DNA of 64,000 nucleotides from Candidatus Dormiibacterota bacterium (GTDB lineage: Bacteria > Chloroflexota > Dormibacteria > Aeolococcales > Aeolococcaceae), in contig PKWB01000147.1 in assembly GCA_003131685.1 (NCBI GenBank), positions 1,580 through 65,579 on the forward strand. The letters are read 5' to 3'. The notes under the pieces were generated by a model. The model saw only the letters and a program-made list of their open reading frames with translations. It made no database searches and was not told where the DNA came from. The position numbers and the translations under genes are program-made. Below are positions 42,045 through 50,734 of this stretch, one piece after another. Positions within the stretch are counted from its first letter, which is position 1, and each line of letters opens with the position of its first letter.

Positions 42045-42998
42045 TCAGGCGCTGCGCGCGGCCGCCAACGCCGGAAGGAACTCCACCGGATGCGCGGCGA
42101 GCCATTCTGCAGTTCGACTGAGGCCCTCAACGAGGGTGGTCGTGGCCGCCCAACCCAGTTCCGACCTGATGAGCGCTGGGTCCCCGACCCAGACTCGAGT
42201 GTCCCAAGCGCGCTCCGGGTAACCACCCCACTGCGGCTTGACGGCTATCGAGAAGGTATCGGTGGTCTTGGCGACGAGCTCCGCGAGGGAGGTCTGCACG
42301 CCCGATGCGACGTTGTAGATCGTGCTCATGTTCGGCGATGACGCTGCGGCGATATAGGCATCGACGACATCCTCGACGTACACGAAGTCTCGCACCACGC
42401 TCGGCGATGCCAGGGGCGGAAGCGTCCCCGTGAGCGCGGCGCGCACGAGCGTGGGAATGAGTCTGCGCTCCTCTTCGAAGGGTCCGTATGCCGAATACAA
42501 ACGCAGGGTTGTGACTGGGACTCCTCGCGTGCGAGCACGCTGGCAGAGCCATGTCGCCGCGGCCTTCGTGGACGCGTAGTCGCTGTTCGGGCACGGCGGT
42601 TCGTCCTCGCGCGGGGCGTGATTGCGGTCGCCGTATTCGGATGACGTGCCGGTGTTGATCACCACGGCACAGCCGTGGCGCTCGGCAGCCGCCAGGAGTG
42701 TCGCCGTCCCGACGACGTTGCTGTGCGCCATGGCGACGGTGTCGGTTTGAAACGAGTAGGCTCCGTGCGCCGCGAGATGAAAGATCCACTCCGGGCGAGC
42801 CGCTCTGAACGCAGACTCCATGTCCCCGCGGTCTGCGATATCGCCCTGGACTCGACGCAGGTCCGTGAGAGCGTCGAGCCGGCCGGTGTCGGTCATCGGC
42901 TGGAGGATCGCAAAGACGTCGTGACCGTCCTCGACCAGGCGGCGGACCAGGTTGGCGCCGACAAAACCGGCGGCGCCGGTTACAAGACAGCGGATGAT
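42045..42998 (-). CDS. NAD-dependent epimerase/dehydratase (extended SDR). The Rossmann motif is encoded upstream of the first ATG; no canonical start codon.
   Basis: The ORF from ATG 42896 lacks the GxxGxxG. In-frame upstream codons 42897-43031 encode IIRCLVTGAAGFVGANLVRRLVEDGHDVFAILQP, with stop at 43032-43034. Confidence 0.7.
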   Translation of the reverse strand: MIRCLVTGAAGFVGANLVRRLVEDGHDVFAILQPMTDTGRLDALTDLRRVQGDIADRGDMESAFRAARPEWIFHLAAHGAYSFQTDTVAMAHSNVVGTATLLAAAERHGCAVVINTGTSSEYGDRNHAPREDEPPCPNSDYASTKAAATWLCQRARTRGVPVTTLRLYSAYGPFEEERRLIPTLVRAALTGTLPPLASPSVVRDFVYVEDVVDAYIAAASSPNMSTIYNVASGVQTSLAELVAKTTDTFSIAVKPQWGGYPERAWDTRVWVGDPALIRSELGWAATTTLVEGLSRTAEWLAAHPVEFLPALAAARSA

Positions 42999-44005
42999 TC
43001 GCTCTCCCTGACCCCGGCTGGTTCCATCAACTCATGCGTACCGTTCGGCGAGGATGGACGGTTGCGGATCTCCGCGACGATATAGGGAGGCCGGCGCTTC
43101 ACCTCCTCATAGATATGTGCCAGGTATGAACCGATGACGCTCAGACAGAGCAGTTGGATTCCCCCGACGAAGAGGATCAGGACGATGACCGACGTGAATC
43201 CCGTCGGGGCTGAGGCTGGGTTGACGATGCGAACCACGATCTCCACGGCGATGGCGACAAACGCGGCGATCGTGGTCAGCAGACCGATGACGGTGATCAT
43301 CTCGAGCGGGATGTACGAGAAGGAGAAGATCGCCTTGCGAGCCCATCCGATGTTGCGCAACAGTGAGTTGGTGGTCTTGCCGAACATGCGCTCCGGTCGG
43401 TGATATGGCACCCCGATCTGACGGAAGCCAACCCATGCGCGAAGACCCCTCAGGAATCGATTGGTCTCAGGAAGATGGTTGAGGGCATCGACGACTCGCC
43501 GGTCCATGAGCGAGAAGTCACCTGCGTCAAGGGGCACGGGCACGTACGACGCTGCGCGGAACAGACGATAGAAGAGTCGATACGCCACTTGAAGAAACCG
43601 ATTCGCGTCGCGCTTGACGCGAGCCCCGTACACCACGTCGTATCCCTCGACCCATTTGGCGTAGAAGGCTTCGATGAGCTCGGGGGGATCCTGCAGGTCA
43701 CCGTCGAGCAGCACCACGGCGTCTCCGGTTGCGATGCGCATGCCGCTCGTGAATGCGCTCTGAGATCCGAAGTTGCGACTGTGGGTGATCACGGTGACGT
43801 GGGAATCCCGGTCGGAGAGGGTGGCGAGAACCTGCTCGGCATCGTCTGGACTGGCGTCGTTGACGAAGATGATTTCGTAGTCGACCTCGAGCGTCGTGAA
43901 GACCGTGACCAGACGCTCGTGCATGATCGGGATCGCCGGTGCATCTCGGTAGCAGGCGATGATTGCGCTGATCTTGCGCCGACGTCCTCGGATCGAGTGC
44001 GGCAT
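42980..44005 (-). CDS. GT2 polyprenyl-phosphate sugar synthase (ArnC/GtrB/Ppm1-like)
   Basis: IIACYRDAPAIPIMHERL...IFVNDASPDD...DGDLQDPPELI plus two C-terminal TM helices typical of GtrB-like enzymes. Confidence 0.85.
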   Translation of the reverse strand: MPHSIRGRRRKISAIIACYRDAPAIPIMHERLVTVFTTLEVDYEIIFVNDASPDDAEQVLATLSDRDSHVTVITHSRNFGSQSAFTSGMRIATGDAVVLLDGDLQDPPELIEAFYAKWVEGYDVVYGARVKRDANRFLQVAYRLFYRLFRAASYVPVPLDAGDFSLMDRRVVDALNHLPETNRFLRGLRAWVGFRQIGVPYHRPERMFGKTTNSLLRNIGWARKAIFSFSYIPLEMITVIGLLTTIAAFVAIAVEIVVRIVNPASAPTGFTSVIVLILFVGGIQLLCLSVIGSYLAHIYEEVKRRPPYIVAEIRNRPSSPNGTHELMEPAGVRESESSAVL

Positions 44006-44130
44006 CTCGCCCGTGATTCTGGCGGCCCGTCACGGAGGCGGCCGGCCAGGTTTCGAGATTGTCAACGGATTGCTACCCTATTGCTTGATGAGGCGCGGAT
44101 TCGGCGATCGGAGGTCGTGAATCGCCGCTG

Positions 44131-44934
44131 ATGGAGCCGCCGCAGCCAAGCCACGCCGAGAGTCACTGGTCAGCCTTCGACGCGAACGGGATCCAGCGGC
44201 TCGTCGCTGCCGAGGATCGGCACTTCTGGTTCCGGGCTCGCAATGAGACCATCGCCGCCCTGGCGCGGCGCCCGATCCAGGAGTTGCAGGACGGATTCCA
44301 CATTCTGGAGGTGGGGTGCGGAATCGGCAACGTGCTTCGCGTTCTCCAGCGCCTCGCCGCAGGACGTGGCAGTGTCGCGGGGCTTGAGTTGAGCCGTGAC
44401 GCCGCCTCCGTCGCGCGAACGCGAACCGGGTTGCCGGTCACCGCGGGGTACCTCTCGGATCTGGATCCGGCGTTGCGTTTTGACATCGTCGCGGCCTTCG
44501 ACGTCCTTGAGCACATCGAAGACGAAGCCGGTGTCCTGGGACAGATGAAAGGCCGGCTGCGGCCGGGTGGGCGCATCCTCCTCACGGTTCCGGCGCACCA
44601 AAGCCTCTGGAGTCCGTTCGACGTGGCGTCGGGGCACGAGCGACGCTACACGCTCGCATCGCTCCGGCGGGCGCTCCGGAAGTCAGGCTTGGAGGTCGAG
44701 TACATGACCTACTTCATGAGCCTGCTGTTCCCGATGATGTGGGTGCGGCGGCGCCTGCTGAAAACCGAGGCGCGTGACATGAGTGCGCTTCTTGACTCCG
44801 AGTTCCAGATCGTCCCCGGGTTGAACGCACTCGCCTATGAGGTGCTCCGGCAGGAGAAGCACGTGGTCGCGGCACGGCGGCGCCTGCCCATGGGGGCATC
44901 CATCGCCGCGGTCGCCGTACCTATCCGGTCGTAG
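44131..44934 (+). CDS. Class I SAM-dependent methyltransferase
   Basis: ILEVGCGIGNV (motif I), IVAAFDVLEHIED, GGRILLTVP. Confidence 0.75.
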   Translation: MEPPQPSHAESHWSAFDANGIQRLVAAEDRHFWFRARNETIAALARRPIQELQDGFHILEVGCGIGNVLRVLQRLAAGRGSVAGLELSRDAASVARTRTGLPVTAGYLSDLDPALRFDIVAAFDVLEHIEDEAGVLGQMKGRLRPGGRILLTVPAHQSLWSPFDVASGHERRYTLASLRRALRKSGLEVEYMTYFMSLLFPMMWVRRRLLKTEARDMSALLDSEFQIVPGLNALAYEVLRQEKHVVAARRRLPMGASIAAVAVPIRS

Positions 44935-45499
44935 GCCGGCCTGCTGGGAAGCGCTCCCGGAACTCATCCGCGAGGCACGAGAGCACGTGGAGACCCTCGA
45001 ACCGACCGTCGCGGAAGATGTGATCGCGGAGCATGATGTCGTGCTTGAAACCGGCCGCCTCATGGAATGGGATGACAGCGGCGTTGCTCTCGGTGACGTG
45101 CGCGATGACCTTGTGCAAACCGAGATGGTTGAAGCAGTAGTCGAGCACGAGTATCTCGGCATCCTTGGCGAGGCCCTCGCCCCGACGGTCCAATTCGCCG
45201 ATGAAGATCGGCCCGAACTCGCACCGCCGATTTCGCCAGTCGAGATCCATGATGCCGACGGTGCCCACCGGCACAGGACGGGGGTCGTTGGGTCCCTTTC
45301 GGGCGTTGATGAGCCAGAGCCTGCGTGACCCGTTCGCGGTCAGGCCGGAGAGGAAGGCAGCCTGCTGCGTGGTGCCGAGCGGCTCGTATTCGATGAAGCC
45401 GCGGTGCACCTCGGGCAGGTTTCGCCAGCGCACGATGACGGCGACATGCTCCGGTTCGATCGCGCTGAGGATGACGCGCTTGGTCTCCATCATCGGCAT
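44921..45499 (-). CDS. GNAT-family N-acetyltransferase (WecD/RimL-like)
   Basis: 193 aa from MPMMETK. GNAT acetyl-CoA motif region (IGELDRRGEGLAKDAEILVLDYCFNHLGLHKV). Start TGATG-overlaps the upstream aminotransferase stop. Confidence 0.7.
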   Translation of the reverse strand: MPMMETKRVILSAIEPEHVAVIVRWRNLPEVHRGFIEYEPLGTTQQAAFLSGLTANGSRRLWLINARKGPNDPRPVPVGTVGIMDLDWRNRRCEFGPIFIGELDRRGEGLAKDAEILVLDYCFNHLGLHKVIAHVTESNAAVIPFHEAAGFKHDIMLRDHIFRDGRFEGLHVLSCLADEFRERFPAGRPTTG

Positions 45500-46698
45500 C
45501 ACTGCTCGACGGCGAAGCTGCAGACTGACTCGATCACCGCGTCGACATCGGTCTCCTGCATGTTGGTGTAGAACGGGAGGCGAATCAGGCGCATGGCGAT
45601 ATCCTCGGTGACCGGACAGTCCGAGACGGCCTGTACGTGTAACCCAAACGGCGACAGATGCAGCGGCTGGTAGTGAAACACGGCGAGAATCCCGGCAGCG
45701 CGTAGATGGCCGATGAGCGCGTCTCGCGATTGCGTGGACGGCATGATCATGTGAAAGAGATGGTATGGCGTCCGGCAGTGGTCGGGAACGAACGGCATCT
45801 GAACACTGTTGGCTCGCGACCATGCCGCAAGGTCCGCTGCATAACGGTTCCAGACCGTGCTGCGATGCTCCCAGACCCACTCCCGGTCTTCGAGCTGAGC
45901 CAGCAGCATGGCGGCGAGCAGGTCGGACGGCAGGTAGCTCGAGCCGATGTCCACCCAGGTGTATTTGTCGACGAGACCACGGAAGAACTTGCGCCGGTTC
46001 GTCCCCTTCTCACGGATGATCTCCGCGCGCTCGAGGTAGCTGGGATCGTTGATGACGATGGCCCCTCCCTCGCCGCACGAGAAGTTCTTGGTCTCGTGGA
46101 AGCTCTGCGCCGCCATCACGCCGAAGGTTCCGAGCGGCTTGCCGCGATACTCACCAAAGAGGCCGTGCGCGTTGTCCTCGACGACGGCGACGCCGTGCCG
46201 GCCGGCGATTTCCATGATCGCGTCCATCTCGCATGCGACGCCCGCATAGTGGACCGGAACGATTGCGCGCGTTCTGGGAGTAATGAGTGACTCGAGCCTG
46301 TCCTCATCGAGATTCAACGTGTCCCTGCGGATATCGATGAAGACCGGCGTGGCCCCACGGAGCACGAAGGCATTGACGGTGGAGGAGAAGGTGAACGACG
46401 GCACGATGACCTCGTCACCCGGTGCGATGTCAAGCAGCAACGCCATCAATTCCAACGCGTGCGTGCCGGAGGTGGTGAGCAGAATCGCCGCGTCTTCGAG
46501 CAGCGGACTGAGCAATTCCTGGCATCGTCGAGTGAACTCGCCGTCGCCTGAGAGATGCCCGCTGTGGAGCGCCTGGGCAACGTACTCGTCGACGAGGCGA
46601 GTGTGCGTGGGACGATTGAACGGAATTTTGAGCGGTGTGGTGGTCACCGTGGGATCCTTGATGCCGGCGTGTGCGGGGGCATAGCTTATTGGAGACAT
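45499..46698 (-). CDS. DegT/DnrJ/EryC1/StrS-family sugar aminotransferase (WecE-like, 4-keto-6-deoxy sugar transaminase)
   Basis: PLP-lysine motif SFHETKNFSCGEGG and AHGLFGEYRGKPLGTFG. Start taken at MSPISYAP. Confidence 0.85.
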   Translation of the reverse strand: MSPISYAPAHAGIKDPTVTTTPLKIPFNRPTHTRLVDEYVAQALHSGHLSGDGEFTRRCQELLSPLLEDAAILLTTSGTHALELMALLLDIAPGDEVIVPSFTFSSTVNAFVLRGATPVFIDIRRDTLNLDEDRLESLITPRTRAIVPVHYAGVACEMDAIMEIAGRHGVAVVEDNAHGLFGEYRGKPLGTFGVMAAQSFHETKNFSCGEGGAIVINDPSYLERAEIIREKGTNRRKFFRGLVDKYTWVDIGSSYLPSDLLAAMLLAQLEDREWVWEHRSTVWNRYAADLAAWSRANSVQMPFVPDHCRTPYHLFHMIMPSTQSRDALIGHLRAAGILAVFHYQPLHLSPFGLHVQAVSDCPVTEDIAMRLIRLPFYTNMQETDVDAVIESVCSFAVEQ

Positions 46699-46706
46699 AG
46701 CCGATC

Positions 46707-48827
46707 GTGACCACGGCCCAGCGCCCTGGTCGACCTGGAAGCATAAGCTCTTTGGCCGTGGGGTTTCACGCATCTGTGGCAAGGCCTCCGCTGCGACTCT
46801 CGCTTCGCGGATTGGCAGCGGTCATCATGCCGCTCGCTGCCGTTGAAGGCCTTGTCTATGTGCTTGTCCTTCACGACTCGGTCGTTTGGTGGCTTTCGTT
46901 CACCGTCTATCTGGCACTCGGTGTCATCCTCCCCGGGACGCTGGTCGCCGAGGCGCTTCTCCGCTGGCGCAGCGACTGGCTCACGTGGGTAGGGCTCGGC
47001 TGGGCGTTGGGCCATGTGCTGGAAGTGGTCTCGATTCAACTTGCCAAAACGGTGGGTGTCCCTCGGCTTTTCCTCCTGTGGATTCCGATCGCGTACCTGC
47101 TCGTGTGGAGAAGAAGGAGGTGGCAGGGTGAAGTCACTGCATTGACGCACCCGCGACGAATTGCGCTGCTGCTGGCGATACTCATGGCCTTCGCCACCAC
47201 CACGTTCGTCGTGCTCAACCTGGTCGAGCTCTCGCCGCAGCCGACGTACCAATCCGACGTCTGGTTTCACATCACCGAGGCAGCCGAATTCCGGGACCAC
47301 CTGAACACGGGCGACCCGCGCATTGCGGGCCAGCCCTACGCCTATCACACGTTGGAGTACGGGCCCGCCGTCGGGGCGAATCTTGCCGTCCAGGTTCCCC
47401 TCGCGAACCTCATCACGCGGTATTCCGGACTGAGCATGGTGTGGCTGCTCGTTCTTCTCCTCTTCAACTCCGCACGCACGATCCGCGGCCCCACGGCCGG
47501 GTTCCTCGCTGCTGCTTTGATCGTTGCTCCGCTCGACGTCTTCTCGTTGATCTCGAGCAAGCTGAGCTTCGGGAGCTCGATCATCTACAGCGGGCTCGAC
47601 CTGAGCACCAGTACCTTGGTTGGATTCTGGGCTCTGGCGGCGCTGTTCCTGCCTCTTCGATGGGCGCTCGCGGGCGGGCGATTGCGCGACCTCTGGGTGG
47701 TCGCGCTCCTCGCGTACATGGCAGCCGGATCAAAGAGCGTGCCCGGCCCCCTGTTGCTTGTCGGTGTTGGTGCGGTGATTGTCAGCATGCTGCCGCGCCG
47801 CCGCAGACTCACCGTGCGCCCAATGCTCCTGCTCGGGGTGTTTGCGGTCGTCTTCTGCCTCACCGCGCTGCCGGTGATACTGCGTCCGACCGTTGCGGAC
47901 TCGACGACGATCACGTTCGCATCCGTCGCGCGACTCAGCCCATACGCTGATCAGCTCACTCGACTGCCCGATTGGCTGCGACTGGCCTTCTATCCGATTG
48001 GATTCTCCTTTGCTCTCTGGGTCGGACTCGGGGTGGGCGTCTGGAAGCTGGCGCGGGCGGGCGAAGCGGATCTCTGCTGGTTTCTCGTCAGCGTGCTGGT
48101 GTTCGCAGCGGTCCTCGTCGACGCGACATCGATACCGGGAGCCTCGCAGCTCTTCTTCCTCTATATGGCGATGGTGCTCGTCGCGCCGGTGGCTGGAGTT
48201 GGGCTGTTCGACCTGGGACAGATGCTCTGGCGACGGCGAGCGAGCACGACCCCCGTGGTGGTGCTCATCCTTCTGGTCGGTGCGGTTGCGGTGAATCTCA
48301 AGGTCGGTGGCGCGCCGTCGGTGCCGTTCGATGACGGATCTGTCTATGCATCAAAGTTCTTTGTTCACGTCACCGAGGGCGTGGACGCGTATCGCGATCC
48401 GGGGCCTCCCTCCCCGCCACTGCGAGTGTGGGACTCCGGTGGCAGCCTGCTCCGCGTGACCCCTGAGATCGTCCAGGGCCTGAGCTGGTTGCGGGGCGTC
48501 GCCGTCCCATCTACGGTGGTCGCAACCAACGTGCCCGGAGCCGCGTTGTACGCGTCGCTCTGCGAGTGTGCGGAGTATTACCAGACGGAGGAATATGCGC
48601 CGGCGTTCGTCGCGGCCAAGCTGGCGGGCACAACCACAACGGCCTTCTCGGGGCGGGCACGACTTCTGGAAGCCTGGTTCGACGGGGCGCCGGGCAGCGT
48701 CGTCGCGTTGCGAAAGGCAGGGATCACCTACTTGATCGTCGATCGGGTGAATGGGTTTCCCATCCCTGTGGCAGGCATGCCGAAGCCGGCGTTCATGGAC
48801 CGCGACATCGCTATCTACCGGATCTAG
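46707..48827 (+). CDS. GT-C-like polytopic membrane glycosyltransferase candidate (paralog of 50735..52960)
   Basis: 706 aa. Shared motifs with the paralog: acidic first-loop motif (HITEAAEF vs EYPDFPYF), P..AG.P.Y.HTLEY vs PGLAGIALHYEW, and C-terminal ITYLIVDRVNG vs VHLLFIDRLHG. Confidence 0.55.
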   Translation: MTTAQRPGRPGSISSLAVGFHASVARPPLRLSLRGLAAVIMPLAAVEGLVYVLVLHDSVVWWLSFTVYLALGVILPGTLVAEALLRWRSDWLTWVGLGWALGHVLEVVSIQLAKTVGVPRLFLLWIPIAYLLVWRRRRWQGEVTALTHPRRIALLLAILMAFATTTFVVLNLVELSPQPTYQSDVWFHITEAAEFRDHLNTGDPRIAGQPYAYHTLEYGPAVGANLAVQVPLANLITRYSGLSMVWLLVLLLFNSARTIRGPTAGFLAAALIVAPLDVFSLISSKLSFGSSIIYSGLDLSTSTLVGFWALAALFLPLRWALAGGRLRDLWVVALLAYMAAGSKSVPGPLLLVGVGAVIVSMLPRRRRLTVRPMLLLGVFAVVFCLTALPVILRPTVADSTTITFASVARLSPYADQLTRLPDWLRLAFYPIGFSFALWVGLGVGVWKLARAGEADLCWFLVSVLVFAAVLVDATSIPGASQLFFLYMAMVLVAPVAGVGLFDLGQMLWRRRASTTPVVVLILLVGAVAVNLKVGGAPSVPFDDGSVYASKFFVHVTEGVDAYRDPGPPSPPLRVWDSGGSLLRVTPEIVQGLSWLRGVAVPSTVVATNVPGAALYASLCECAEYYQTEEYAPAFVAAKLAGTTTTAFSGRARLLEAWFDGAPGSVVALRKAGITYLIVDRVNGFPIPVAGMPKPAFMDRDIAIYRI

Positions 48828-49837
48828 GGCGTCGTACGGCGCGCGTCTCGTTGCTGCGGAGGGTGCGGCTCAACAGGTGTCGTCTCCGCGACGACATATG
48901 GGGGCCGCTCGAGCAGCCGAAGATGCATGCGCGCCAGGTACTCACCCATGATGCCGAGTATCAGCAGTTGCACTCCGGCAAAGACGGCGATGATGGACGC
49001 GAGAAACGGGAATCCGGGAACGGAGTCACCTGCGGCGAAGCTTCGCACCACCACAACGATGAACACAACTGCACCGAAGATCGTGAAGAGAAACCCGACC
49101 AGGCTCGCGATGCGCAGCGGTCGCGTGGTGAAGCCGGTCATCATGTTGAGCGCGTGATGCACGAGCCGCCCAAAGGTGTAGCCGGACTGACCTCCGGCGC
49201 GCGGCTCCTGCCGCACATTGACGACGGCGAATCGCGTCGTCGCCCAGGTGAGGAGGACGTCGATCGAGATGTCGGGACTTTGATAGCGCTCGAATGCACC
49301 CCGCAGGTCGGTGCGGAAGAGGCGAAACGCGCTCACGCTCCGTGCCGCGGTGGCCCCCATCGCCTCCTCGAGGGCGTACTTGGTGATGCGCGACGCGGCT
49401 GACCGCCAGAGGCTGTGCTGCTCTGACACCGGTGTTCCGTAGACCACGTCAACGTCAGGCGTGAGTCGCGCGAGGAGGTGCGTGATCTCCTCTGGCGGGT
49501 TCTGCAGATCGTCATCGAGGGTGACGATCAACGGATATCGAGCCTTCCGGATCCCGACGAGGAGTGCGTTGTGCTGACCGAAGTTGCGCATGAGCCTGAT
49601 GCCGTGGATCCGGTCATCGTGGCTCGCCGCATCCGCGATAACAGCCCAACTCCGGTCGGGGCTTCCGTCATCGACCAGGATGATCTCGTGAGCGGTGGCG
49701 AGAGCTTCGAGCGCCGTGGTGAGACGCGCGATAAGGAGCGGAAGAATCGCCTCGGACCTGTGCACCGGGACAACCGCCGATATCCCATCGACGCGGTCGG
49801 TGGTCTGATCTGCAGGCGCCAGCACGGCGTCAGCCAC
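48824..49837 (-). CDS. GT2 polyprenyl-phosphate sugar synthase (ArnC/GtrB-like), second copy
   Basis: ISAVVPVHRSE...IILVDDGSPD...LDDDLQNPPEEI plus C-terminal TM helices. Confidence 0.85.
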   Translation of the reverse strand: MADAVLAPADQTTDRVDGISAVVPVHRSEAILPLLIARLTTALEALATAHEIILVDDGSPDRSWAVIADAASHDDRIHGIRLMRNFGQHNALLVGIRKARYPLIVTLDDDLQNPPEEITHLLARLTPDVDVVYGTPVSEQHSLWRSAASRITKYALEEAMGATAARSVSAFRLFRTDLRGAFERYQSPDISIDVLLTWATTRFAVVNVRQEPRAGGQSGYTFGRLVHHALNMMTGFTTRPLRIASLVGFLFTIFGAVVFIVVVVRSFAAGDSVPGFPFLASIIAVFAGVQLLILGIMGEYLARMHLRLLERPPYVVAETTPVEPHPPQQRDARRTTP

Positions 49838-49839
49838 GG

Positions 49840-50730
49840 CTATCTGCGCTCCTCCGCCGGCGCGCTGGGCTCGGTGCTCGCGGTTCCCTTCCGCGCCACG
49901 ACCACATCCTGATAGACGAAGGACTCCAGCTTCCGACCGGTCCAGCCACCGAATCGGATTGGCGGGACGATGGTGAGACCGTGGCTCTCATGGAACGTGT
50001 TGATGACATCAGGCGTGAACCCGATGCCGAAGTTGGGGTTGTCCAGGTCGGCGACGTAGACGCCGTCGCCCTGTCTCACGTAACGACGGTCCGCGCGCCC
50101 GGACTGCATGGCCTCGACCGCGAAGTCGTCCATGACGAAGAACGTGTTGAGGCACATCCCTCCAGGGCGCAGGACACGAGATGTCTCCCCCAGGTAGTGA
50201 TCCACCGTTGCTCGGCTCAGATGGGTGTACACGGACATCGAGAACGCGAGATCGAAGGTGGCCTCTGGGTATGGAAAGACAAGGTCTTCTCCCCGGATCG
50301 TTCCCCGCCCTCTGACGTTGATGTAACCAACCGGGGCGTATGCAAACAAGAAGTTCGAGAGACGACCGTACGAGCGCTGACACCAGGCCACCGCGCGGGG
50401 ATCGACGTCGAATCCCCGGTACTGCCCATCCTTGGAGAGGTACGTCGTCAACGCGCGAGCGATACGACCGATCCCGGAGCCGATATCGAGCACCTGCTGG
50501 TCAGGTTGCAAGTTCCCATACGTCTTGAGCATCGCAGCGACGCGATCGCCCGACGTGATGAACTCGCGGGCATAATCGCCGCGCCGCGGTGTGAATCCGA
50601 TGTTGGGATTGATCTGGCGAGGTGGTACGAGGGCGGGGAGCGCCCGTTGCCCTCGATCGAGCGCGTCATACGTCGTGTGGAGAACTCGACGCAGCGTGTT
50701 ACCAGCCGTGCGCTTGACGTTTTGGACCAT
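49840..50730 (-). CDS. Class I SAM-dependent methyltransferase
   Basis: VLDIGSGIGRIARAL motif I, FDLAFSMSVYTHL, PGGMCL. Confidence 0.7.
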   Translation of the reverse strand: MVQNVKRTAGNTLRRVLHTTYDALDRGQRALPALVPPRQINPNIGFTPRRGDYAREFITSGDRVAAMLKTYGNLQPDQQVLDIGSGIGRIARALTTYLSKDGQYRGFDVDPRAVAWCQRSYGRLSNFLFAYAPVGYINVRGRGTIRGEDLVFPYPEATFDLAFSMSVYTHLSRATVDHYLGETSRVLRPGGMCLNTFFVMDDFAVEAMQSGRADRRYVRQGDGVYVADLDNPNFGIGFTPDVINTFHESHGLTIVPPIRFGGWTGRKLESFVYQDVVVARKGTASTEPSAPAEERR

Positions 50731-50734
50731 GCGG

